A program made the translations under genes and the position numbers. Positions 48,848 to 59,188 of a DNA stretch of 64,000 nucleotides are shown one piece after another. The DNA is taken from the NCBI GenBank assembly GCA_963803435.1, contig CAWDML010000015.1, positions 32,001 to 96,000 on the forward strand, in the 5' to 3' direction. Origin of the DNA: an uncultured delta proteobacterium. Lineage in GTDB: Bacteria; Myxococcota; Kuafuiibacteriia; Kuafuiibacteriales; Kuafuiibacteriaceae. The notes below the pieces were generated by a model. That model worked only from the letters and a program-made list of their open reading frames with translations. It had not been told where the DNA came from and searched no databases. The stretch's first letter is position 1. Each line of letters opens with the position of its first letter.

Positions 48848-49642
48848 CTACATTTCGTGCCCGACGTCTCCGGTGAGGAGCGCGGTGTCGACCGACACCA
48901 GGTGGTCGAGATCCATCTTGGCGCGGGCAGCCTCGGAGAAGCGGGACGCGCCCTGCTCCTCGGTGGCGCCGAGCGACGGGTTGTGGTTCTCGAGGCCGTG
49001 AAAGCGCATCTCGGCCTCCTCGCAGCCGGCCGGGACCGACATCACGTTGTAGAAGTTGATCCCTCCGCCGACGTCGGTGTCGTGCCCGAGCTGAAGCACG
49101 TGCCCGAGCTCGTGGATCATCGTGCCCGCGATGGCCTGCTCTTCGGTGATCGGCGGCGCGCCAGGACGCCCGCACGCCGGGTGGAGCTCCTCGAGGACGT
49201 CGCGGTAGATCAGCACTCCGCTCCTGTCGATCGCGTCGTCCTCTGAGGTGACGAGCTCGCCGCCGCGCCCGGAGATGTCGGTCCGCCGGGTGACGATCAT
49301 GACGTGCACCGATCGCAGGTCCCCGCGGTGCTCGGACAAGAGCTGCTGGCGCTGCTCGAAGGAGCCGTCGAAGTCGAATGGCGGGATCGCGTCCTCGTCG
49401 CGGTGGAAGACCAGGTCGATCGCCACGTCGAGATACGCCGCATGGACGGCGTCGAGGATCGCGTCGGAGGGCGCCCGCTCCTCCATCGCATCGAGCTCGA
49501 CCGTCACGGCCGGCAGCTCGGGAACGACCGGATCCATCGGATCCACCGGATCCACCGGATCCACCGGAGTCTGCTCGAGGTCGCCCCGGATGGTGCCGCC
49601 GCCGCAGGCCGTCACGAGCAGGGCGAGCAGCGCGATCCGCAC
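48848..49642 (-). CDS. Lipoprotein zinc metallopeptidase
   Basis: LLVTA-C lipobox, PVD repeats, HELGHVLQLGH, Met-turn NVM. Confidence 0.75.
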   Translation of the reverse strand: MRIALLALLVTACGGGTIRGDLEQTPVDPVDPVDPMDPVVPELPAVTVELDAMEERAPSDAILDAVHAAYLDVAIDLVFHRDEDAIPPFDFDGSFEQRQQLLSEHRGDLRSVHVMIVTRRTDISGRGGELVTSEDDAIDRSGVLIYRDVLEELHPACGRPGAPPITEEQAIAGTMIHELGHVLQLGHDTDVGGGINFYNVMSVPAGCEEAEMRFHGLENHNPSLGATEEQGASRFSEAARAKMDLDHLVSVDTALLTGDVGHEM

Positions 49643-49756
49643 GCCTTCATGAGAGCACCCCGAGGCGAGGCGCAACAAAGGCGCACCCGCCGCACACGTG
49701 AGCCCGTTCACTCCGAAGCTCGCAAGAAAACCTGCACTTCGGGTGTTGATCCGTCG

Positions 49757-49933
49757 ATGAGCTCCGGTGAGACCACCACGAAGATCGTCCGACCGCCGCG
49801 CGCACCGCCTCGGCCGCAGCGCCGCCGGCCGGATCTGATCCCCGCGCCCAGCACCACGCTCGAGTGGGACGACAATCCCACGCTGACCAGCTTCGAAGAT
49901 CCGTCGGACATCGCCGACGATCTGGAGAGATAG
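49757..49933 (+). CDS. Small hypothetical protein (58 aa)
   Basis: MSSGETTTKIVRPP...WDDNPT...; fills the gap, stop abuts the asd stop. Confidence 0.4.
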   Translation: MSSGETTTKIVRPPRAPPRPQRRRPDLIPAPSTTLEWDDNPTLTSFEDPSDIADDLER

Positions 49934-51010
49934 CTACAAGAGCCCGCGGATCTTGAGATCCTCGGCCACCAGGATCGCGCCCTTGGCGGCGCCCATCTTG
50001 GTGTTGTGCGACACCAGCAGAAACTTCACACCGTGCGCGCCGAGGATGTGATCCTCCCGCAGTCGCCCGACGCTCGTGGTCATGCCACCGTCGGCGTCCC
50101 GGTCGCGGCGCACCTGGGGCCGATAGGGATCCTCGTACACCGTGACCCAGGCGCGCGGCGCCGATGGGTGCGTGTTCGGGTTGATCTCCTTGCCGAATCC
50201 GCGGAGCGCCGCCTTCACCTCGGCCAGCGTCGCGGGCTTCTTGAACGACACATTCACCACTTCGGTGTGTCCGTCGAGGACCGGCACGCGGGTGCAGGTG
50301 GCCGACACCTCGAACGGTGCCGGTTCGACGACGTCGCCCGCCAGCATCCCCAGGATCTTCTTGGTCTCCTTCTCGACCTTCTCCTCCTCCTTCGAGATGA
50401 ACGGGATGATGTTGTCGACGATGTCGAGCGCGACCACGCCGGGCGAGCGGCCGGCGCCGCTGGCCGCCTGCATCGAGGTCATCACGACCTTCTCGATCCC
50501 GAAGTTGGCGTGGAGGGGCGCCAGCGCGATCGCCATGCCGGTGGTGGTGCAGTTGGGGATCGGAACAACGAACCCGCGCCACCCGCGGTTCTTCCGCTGC
50601 GCCGCGATCAGGTCGGCGTGGTGGCCGTTCACCGCTGGGATCAGGATCGGCACGTCGTGCTCGTAACGGTGCGCGCTGGCCGTGGAGATCACCGGGACCT
50701 CCTTCGCCAGCCGCTGCTCCAGCTCGCGGGCCGCGGCGGACTCGACCGCGCAGAACACCACGTCGATCCCGTCCGTCGACAGCGAGGCTGCGTCCTCCAC
50801 CGTGAGCCCGGCGAAGACGGCGGGGATGTCGCCGTCGACCAGCCAGGCGACGTTGCCGCCCTCCTGGGTGAGCGCCTCCTGGTACGTCTTGCCCGCCGAT
50901 CGCGAGGACGCAGCCAGCTTCGCGACCTCGATGAACGGGTGTTGCTGGAGCGCGGCGATGAACTGCTGCCCGGCGATGCCGGTGGCACCGAGCACGGCGC
51001 ATCTGGTCAT
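49934..51010 (-). CDS. asd: Aspartate-semialdehyde dehydrogenase (archaeal/fungal-like subtype)
   Basis: LGATGIAGQ, PNCTT, MQAASGAG, CTRVPVLDGH, HNTKMGAA. Confidence 0.9.
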   Translation of the reverse strand: MTRCAVLGATGIAGQQFIAALQQHPFIEVAKLAASSRSAGKTYQEALTQEGGNVAWLVDGDIPAVFAGLTVEDAASLSTDGIDVVFCAVESAAARELEQRLAKEVPVISTASAHRYEHDVPILIPAVNGHHADLIAAQRKNRGWRGFVVPIPNCTTTGMAIALAPLHANFGIEKVVMTSMQAASGAGRSPGVVALDIVDNIIPFISKEEEKVEKETKKILGMLAGDVVEPAPFEVSATCTRVPVLDGHTEVVNVSFKKPATLAEVKAALRGFGKEINPNTHPSAPRAWVTVYEDPYRPQVRRDRDADGGMTTSVGRLREDHILGAHGVKFLLVSHNTKMGAAKGAILVAEDLKIRGLL

Positions 51011-51022
51011 GTCGTAGGTCTC

Positions 51023-52842
<1,820 letters not shown>

Positions 52843-52846
<4 letters not shown>

Positions 52847-53511
52847 TTAGGCTCAGGCGATTCGCCATCCTCCCGATCCGTCTGGTCTTTGCTGGGGCCC
52901 AGCGAGACGGTGACCATCGCCGGGCGCAGGAGCCGCCCGCTGATCAGGAACCCTCGCTGGAGCTCATGTGCGACGGAACCCGGCGGTACGTCCGCATGGG
53001 TCTGTTGGACCGCCTCGTGGAGGGCAGGGTCGAACGACGTGCCCACCGAGTCGAAGGTGGTGACCCCGTGTTTCTCGAGCGACGCCACGAACTTCTTCTG
53101 GACCAGCCGCATCCCGTCCACCACCTGCACGACCTCGGGCGGCGGATTGGGGCCGATCATCCCGAGCGCGCGATCGAGGTCGTCGAGGACCGGGAGGAGA
53201 TCCTTGAGCAGCTTCTCGTTGGCGAACTTTTCGACATCCTCGCGCTCGCGTTGCGCGCGCTTGCGATAGTTCTCGAGATCCGCGGCGGCCCGGAGCCATT
53301 TCTCCCGAAAGCTCTCCGCCTCCTTCTGCGTCTGCTGGAGCGCGGACTCGAGCTCCTTCTTGGCCTCAATCAATGCCTCCGTCACAGCTTCACCGGCCGA
53401 ACCCTTTCGCTCCCTCGCTTCCACGGAAGCGACCGCTTCCGCCATGGCCTCCTCCAGCGAAGGATTGTCGGGAGGTTGCTTACCGTTGTCCGCGTCGCCG
53501 TCCTCAGACAC
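52843..53511 (-). CDS. grpE: Nucleotide exchange factor GrpE
   Basis: [38 protein letters not shown]. Confidence 0.95.
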
Positions 53512-53558
53512 GCGGTTACGCTGTCACGGAGCCGTGTCGGATTCAAGCGGCCCGAGGG

Positions 53559-54653
53559 TCAGCTTTCGTCGTCGGAGGGCGGCGCGGGCGGGGTGCTCTC
53601 GCCTCCGAGCGACTCCGAGAGCGCCTCGGCCGTCAGCTCGACCAGTGGGATGACGCGCGAGTAGTCCATCCGTGTCGGTCCGACCACAGCGACGCGACCG
53701 CTCGGTCCGTCCTGCGACGCGTACGATGCGGTCACGAGAGCAAGGTCCTTCAGCTCGCGTACGGGGCTCTCGACGCCGAGGGCGACCTGGGTCTCGGTCT
53801 TCGCGGCGGCCTGCGCGTCGATGGGGTGGTGCACCGAGAGATCCAGAAGGCGGAGCAGGAGCGTCTTCTCCTCGAAGGCCCGGAGGATCTTGCGCATCTT
53901 CTCGATATCGGCGAACTCCGGGTGATCGAAGAGCGTGCTCTCGCCCTGGACCAGCATGTCGGGCGCCTGCTGGCGCAGGGTCCGCTCCCCCAGGAGCAGC
54001 GCGTTCTTCATGATCTGATCCGCCTGCAAGCGCTCGTCGGCCATCGCCTCCAGGATCTCGGTCCGGACCTCGGTCAGCGTCTTCCCGCCCAGGAGCGATT
54101 TCAGGTAGTTCGACATCCGGACCAGCTCGTCGCGGTCCACGCCGAAGTCGACGTCGAGAAGGCGGTGATCGATCAGCCCGCTCTTGGCCACGAAGACGGC
54201 CAGGACGGTCTTCTCGCGCACCGGGATGAACTCGATGTGGTCGAAGATGACCTCGTCGAGGATCGGCATCAACACCAGGGTCGCGTGGCGGGCCACCAGC
54301 GAGAGGACCCGCCCGGCCTCGTGGAGGACCGTGGCCATGTCGCGGTCGGCCCCGGCGGCCGTGGTGATGGCGGCGATGAGCTCCCGTTCCTTGGAGGAGA
54401 TGCGGCCTCGCTGCGCCAGCCGCTCGATGTACAGCCGGAAAGCCTTGGCCGTCGGAATCCGGCCGGCCGAGGCGTGCGGCGCCGACACCAGACCCAGCTC
54501 CTCGAGGTCCGCCATCACGTTCCGGACGGTGGCCGGCGATAGATCGATCGACTGGCGCTTCGTCAGCGTCCGCGATCCCACGGGCTCGGCGGTGCGGATG
54601 TAATCCTCGATGATGGCGGTGAGGATCTCCTTCTGGCGTTCGTTCAGCTCCAC
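53559..54653 (-). CDS. hrcA: Heat-inducible transcription repressor HrcA
   Basis: PVGSR, SPATVRNVMADLE, PHASAGRIPT, GPTRMDY. Confidence 0.95.
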   Translation of the reverse strand: MELNERQKEILTAIIEDYIRTAEPVGSRTLTKRQSIDLSPATVRNVMADLEELGLVSAPHASAGRIPTAKAFRLYIERLAQRGRISSKERELIAAITTAAGADRDMATVLHEAGRVLSLVARHATLVLMPILDEVIFDHIEFIPVREKTVLAVFVAKSGLIDHRLLDVDFGVDRDELVRMSNYLKSLLGGKTLTEVRTEILEAMADERLQADQIMKNALLLGERTLRQQAPDMLVQGESTLFDHPEFADIEKMRKILRAFEEKTLLLRLLDLSVHHPIDAQAAAKTETQVALGVESPVRELKDLALVTASYASQDGPSGRVAVVGPTRMDYSRVIPLVELTAEALSESLGGESTPPAPPSDDES

Positions 54654-54657
54654 GCGT

Positions 54658-55872
54658 TCAATCGCGATCTGAGTTGCACCATCGGGTCGAGTCAAGCGCC
54701 CGGCTCGCTGCCAGCAGCTCGCGGGCGATCGTATCGTTCATGAGGAATCCTCGCGAGGTCGGCACGATCCGCGCCTCGGACCGCTCTACCAGACCGGCGC
54801 GGCCGAGACGATCCAGCGCGGCGTCGACGGGCGCCAGCGCTGCCCGCGGAAGCCCCGCCTCCGCGGCCAGCGCGTCCAGATCGAGCCCCCAGCGGACACG
54901 GAGCGCGATCATCAAGCGGTCCCCGATCACCTGGGCGAGATCGAGGCTCTCCTCCATCCCAGGCCCTTCCCCGGCCAGATACGCCTCGGGGCGGCGTACG
55001 TTCTCGCGCCGGATCGCACGGCGAAGATCGAGCGCGGGCAGGTAGCTGTGGGCGCCCGCCCCCACACCTAGATAGGCGCCCCCCGCCCAGTAGAGGCAGT
55101 TGTGGCGGGACTCCTGGCCCGCCCGGGCGTAGTTCGAGATCTCGTAACGCGCATATCCGGCGGCCGACAGGACCTCACCGACGCGATCGATCATCTCAGC
55201 CTGGAGATCGTCCAGCATCGGCACGAAGAGGCCGCGGGCGGTCTTCTTGCCCAGCACGGTGTCGGGCTCGATCGTGAGCGTGTAGGCGGAGACGTGCCCG
55301 GTCTCCAGGGCGAGCGCGCGCTCGAGCGATCGGCGCACGTCGTTCCAGCTCTGGCCCGGGAGCGCATAGATCAGATCGAGCGAGACGCGGGCGCCCGTCT
55401 TCTTCGCGATCCGCACCGCGGTCTCGGCCCGCGAGGCGTCGTGGATGCGGCCGAGCGAGGTCAGCTCGGTGTCGTCGAAGCTCTGCACGCCGATCGAGAA
55501 GCGGTTCACGCCGGCGGCGGCGAACGCGAACATGCGCGCCTCCGCGACGGTCCCAGGGTTCGCCTCCAGCGTGATCTCGACGTCGGCCGTGAAGCCGAAG
55601 CGGGCCTCTGCTGCGCGGATCACCCGGCCGACCTGCTCGGGGGCCCAGCGGCTCGGCGTGCCGCCGCCGAAGAAGAGGCTCCTGAGCGGTCCCGAACCGA
55701 GCTCACCTCCGCGACGCGCGAGCTCGTCGAGGATCGCGTCGGCGTAGACTCAATCGTCGTGCTCGACGGCGTGGCTGTTGAAGTCGCAGTACGGACACTT
55801 CTTCGCGCAATAGGGGAAGTGAACGTAGAGGCCTCGATCCCGGGAAGAGACGGGCGGCGTGGGTTCGCTCAA
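54658..55872 (-). CDS. hemW: Radical SAM heme chaperone HemW, with an in-frame TGA at codon 41 (55750-55752)
   Basis: LYVHFPYCAKKCPYCDFNS, then stop, then FFGGGTPS, EANP, YEISNY, HNCLYW in the same frame; upstream of hrcA. Confidence 0.88.
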
Positions 55873-56357
55873 TTCAAGGCCTCGACCGCATCGAGGTCGA
55901 AGCCGGGCTCGTCGCCACGATCATCGACCCCGCGCACGCGGACGAATTGGATCTGTCCCTCGGGGAGCGCGTCGTCCAGCTCGAACTCGGTGGTGGGGCC
56001 CGACGCGGGCGTCGTGAGCTCGACGAAAACGTCGCCGTCTCGGCTCACCGCGATGGCGGCCTCGGCGCCGTCGGGACCGACCTCGTAGACGCGGAGATCG
56101 GGCCCCGGTCCGTTCGGGATCTCCCGAAAAAACCGAAGGATCACGTACGCTCCCACGCCGAGCGCGACCGTGCGTCCGTCGGGCGGTCCGAGGGCGCGCG
56201 CCGGATCGGCGAACGGCTCGTCACCGCGGAGGAAGGGGGTCGCGAGGTATGCCTCCACGACGGACGCGTGACGGTCGCGGATCTCGACCGGGAAACAGCC
56301 CGCCAGGAGGCTCACAGCCCCCCAAGCGGCGACGACGAAGGCTCGAAGTCGGATCAT
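55869..56357 (-). CDS. Lipoprotein with a beta-sandwich-like domain
   Basis: LLAG-C lipobox; ALGPPD, GPDLRVYE, GFDLDAV. Confidence 0.65.
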   Translation of the reverse strand: MIRLRAFVVAAWGAVSLLAGCFPVEIRDRHASVVEAYLATPFLRGDEPFADPARALGPPDGRTVALGVGAYVILRFFREIPNGPGPDLRVYEVGPDGAEAAIAVSRDGDVFVELTTPASGPTTEFELDDALPEGQIQFVRVRGVDDRGDEPGFDLDAVEALN

Positions 56358-56397
56358 TGACATGATCCCGGGTTGGGAAGACCATCCCCCGCACGCG

Positions 56398-56991
56398 ATG
56401 GCACGCCGCACGCGCCGAGAGCTCGATATTGCCGACCACCTCTGGGATTGTCTCACGCGAATCGCAGAGGACTGTGGCACGGACCGTCATGCCGTCGTCA
56501 ACCAGGCCATCTACGAGTTCGCCAGGCGATTCAACTTCTTGACCCCGATGGCGAAGGAGGTCCCGGCCCTGGAGCAGCAGGTGGGGCCCGGACATCGCGC
56601 GCAGAATCACGGGGGTGCGGCCAATGCCAATCCGCCTGAGCGACGGGCTCCCCAGCCGAAGCCGCAGCCTGTCGCGCCGGCGCCGGTGCGTGCGGCGCCG
56701 GACAAGCCCCGGAAGACGCTCTACGTCGTGAACAGCGCCGGCGACATGCACAAGATCGACAAGGACACGTTCATCATCGGACGGAGCCGAACGTGCGACC
56801 TCGTCATCCCGAGCTCGAAGGTTTCCCGGCAGCACAGCGGAATCTGCCGCGAGAACGGCGAGTACTACATCGAGGACCTCGGCTCGGCGAACGGCGTCTG
56901 GAAGGACGGCGTGAAGATCCAGAAGGAAAAGATCAAGGACGGCGACGAGTTCATGATCTCCGAAGAGGTCTTGAAGTTCATCTTCCGCTGA
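56398..56991 (+). CDS. FHA-domain protein with an N-terminal ribbon-helix-helix-like region
   Basis: IIGRS...VSRQH...DLGSANG FHA motifs. Confidence 0.85.
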   Translation: MARRTRRELDIADHLWDCLTRIAEDCGTDRHAVVNQAIYEFARRFNFLTPMAKEVPALEQQVGPGHRAQNHGGAANANPPERRAPQPKPQPVAPAPVRAAPDKPRKTLYVVNSAGDMHKIDKDTFIIGRSRTCDLVIPSSKVSRQHSGICRENGEYYIEDLGSANGVWKDGVKIQKEKIKDGDEFMISEEVLKFIFR

Positions 56992-57847
56992 CGGGACGCC
57001 GCCGTCGCCGCGCCCAGAAGAGCGCGCCGAGCACCACACACCAGGAGAGCGACGGGCTCGAGGGCGTCCCGGTGCACGCACACCCGCGGACCACGGCCTT
57101 GTCGCACTGGTTCCGGAAGTCGCTCGGGTTGCCCGGGCCCTTGTCGTAGGTGTCCGGCGGGGCGCAGGTCTGCGTCACCTGAGCGGTGGCGTACACGGTG
57201 CAGACCCCGAGCACGTTGTCCTCGGTGAGGTCGCGCTTCATCGTTTCGCACATGGGGGCCGACGCGTACATCGTCGACTCGGGATCCGGGTCGTGCTCGA
57301 AGCCGATGAAGTGGCCCATCTCGTGAACCAAGGTGTTCCTGAGATCGTAGGGTTGATCGGAGAGCGCCTTGCAGGCCTCCGTGCTCGCCAGGTCCTCGAA
57401 CGCGAAGCGGGAAGCGTTGATCATGATGTCGGCGTCGAAGATCTCGCCGGTCGCGGTGTTGAACGAGGTGATGGTGATGGCCAGCTCGTTCTGCGTGAAG
57501 AGCTCCCGGGCCATGTTCGCGTCCTCGACCGCGATGACGATGTTCTTGTTGTCGTCGCGGCGCGGATCGAAGCCCGGATCCTGGTCCGTGTAGCCGAAGT
57601 CGTTGAACGTCAGGTCCGTGCACGTGGGCGCGGACCACACCGCGAAGCTCTGCGCGACGAGCTGCCGGCGGGCCTCGCCGTCGAGGAGGCTGCCGCTGGT
57701 GGATAAATAGTATGGGATGCAGCGTTGGTTCCACGCTTGCGAGAGGACCGGCCGCGAGTTGGGCACCGCCGTGCAGAGGTAGGCCTCGGCGCGACGGGCG
57801 GACCCGATCGAGACCGCGAGAAGGAGGGCGATGAAGAGGTTCCGCAC
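56978..57847 (-). CDS. Matrixin-like metalloprotease with a MYXO-CTERM-type sorting tail
   Basis: Signal peptide, HEMGHFIGFEH, STM Met-turn, C-terminal GCAC...hydrophobic...RRRRR. Confidence 0.85.
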   Translation of the reverse strand: MRNLFIALLLAVSIGSARRAEAYLCTAVPNSRPVLSQAWNQRCIPYYLSTSGSLLDGEARRQLVAQSFAVWSAPTCTDLTFNDFGYTDQDPGFDPRRDDNKNIVIAVEDANMARELFTQNELAITITSFNTATGEIFDADIMINASRFAFEDLASTEACKALSDQPYDLRNTLVHEMGHFIGFEHDPDPESTMYASAPMCETMKRDLTEDNVLGVCTVYATAQVTQTCAPPDTYDKGPGNPSDFRNQCDKAVVRGCACTGTPSSPSLSWCVVLGALFWARRRRRPVSGR

Positions 57848-57877
57848 GCAAATGGAGCTTATCAGCCCCGACGCGCT

Positions 57878-59188
57878 TCAGTCGATCAACCAGGTCACGC
57901 CGCCCCCGCCGACCCAGTAGCCGCCCGCGTAACGCCCGTTGCCCACGACGGCGGCCTGCTCGGGGTTGGTGGGGTTGATCTGCTTGATCTCGCTGGTCGT
58001 GATGTCGCGGGGCGGCTGGAACACATAGCTCAGCCCGAGATCGAGTCGGATCTGCCAGATCTGGTACGACGCACCCAGCGCGAAGCCGATCTTGTTGGAG
58101 TCGTACTGCGCCACCGTGAACGTCTCATCCCCGAACGCAGAGGGCTCCCAGAAGATCCCGCCCCGGAGGTGGAACGTGTCGATCACGCGCCCGTCGCCGC
58201 CCAGGTGGAGCGAGAGCGTGTCCTTCATCCGGCGGTCGATGGTGAGCGGCCCCATCTCGTAGTCGCCAATCCCAGGGACGCCGTGCAGCAGGATCTGACC
58301 CTGCGGATCGACGACCAGCCGCTGCTGCACCGACCAGTCCTCCCAGTTCACGGCTGCCTCGATCATGAGGTCGTCGACGATGCGCCAGGAGATCCCGCCG
58401 CGGATCATCGTCGGGAAGGGCACCTCGAAGTGCACCTTGTCACCCTCCACCTCGATCGGATCGAAGAACACCGAGTCACCCATGCGGACGCGGAAGTCAG
58501 CCTGGCCGGAGACCTTGTACGGTAGCTGGACGCCCACGCCGAACGAGACCGGGCCGGCGTCGAAGGAGGCGCCGAAGTTGCCGGTGAGCGTGAAGTTGTC
58601 GGAGAGCTCGATCTCGTTGAGGATGTCGAGCTCGGGGTCCTCCGGATAGCCAAACAGCCCCGTGTACCCGGAGAGCACCGTCTGCTCCTTGAGGTTCGTC
58701 ATCACGTTCTGGATGGTGGCGCCGAAGCTGAAGCGAGCCAGGTGGATCGCGAAGCCGAGGGCCAGGAAGAGCTGCGTGTTCTCGTCGCTGTCGACCAGGC
58801 TGTAGCGCTGTGGGCCGGTGGCGCTGTACTTCTGCTGCGGGGAGTAGGGCGCGAAGGCCCCGCCGCCGATGCTGAGCCAATCGGTGATCTTCCAGATCCC
58901 GCCGATCGTGGGGTTGGCCCACGGCGCGGCCACGTTCTCGGCGGTGGCGCCGTCGGGAGAGGTGTAGCGCCCGTCGAGCTGAACTGTGCCCACTTCGACC
59001 ATGATCGCGCTGCCGTCGAGGCGCGCCGGGTTGTACCAGAGCGCGTTGGCCTGCTCGGCGCTGGCCACGTGCGCGCCCGCCATCGAGAGCGCCCGGACGC
59101 CACGGATGGGGAGCGCCACGCCGCCGGCACGGGCGGCCGCCGGGAGGAGGAGCGCCGACAGGATGATCGGACCGACGGCGGCTCTCAT
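57878..59188 (-). CDS. FadL/OmpP1/TodX family outer-membrane transporter
   Basis: RALSMAGA...ALWYNPARL N-terminal motif; amphipathic beta strands. Confidence 0.8.
   Translation of the reverse strand: MRAAVGPIILSALLLPAAARAGGVALPIRGVRALSMAGAHVASAEQANALWYNPARLDGSAIMVEVGTVQLDGRYTSPDGATAENVAAPWANPTIGGIWKITDWLSIGGGAFAPYSPQQKYSATGPQRYSLVDSDENTQLFLALGFAIHLARFSFGATIQNVMTNLKEQTVLSGYTGLFGYPEDPELDILNEIELSDNFTLTGNFGASFDAGPVSFGVGVQLPYKVSGQADFRVRMGDSVFFDPIEVEGDKVHFEVPFPTMIRGGISWRIVDDLMIEAAVNWEDWSVQQRLVVDPQGQILLHGVPGIGDYEMGPLTIDRRMKDTLSLHLGGDGRVIDTFHLRGGIFWEPSAFGDETFTVAQYDSNKIGFALGASYQIWQIRLDLGLSYVFQPPRDITTSEIKQINPTNPEQAAVVGNGRYAGGYWVGGGGVTWLID

Noticed and set aside
49529-49568. 9-bp tandem repeat (CCGGATCCA)
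   Set aside because: In-frame PVD linker in a lipoprotein
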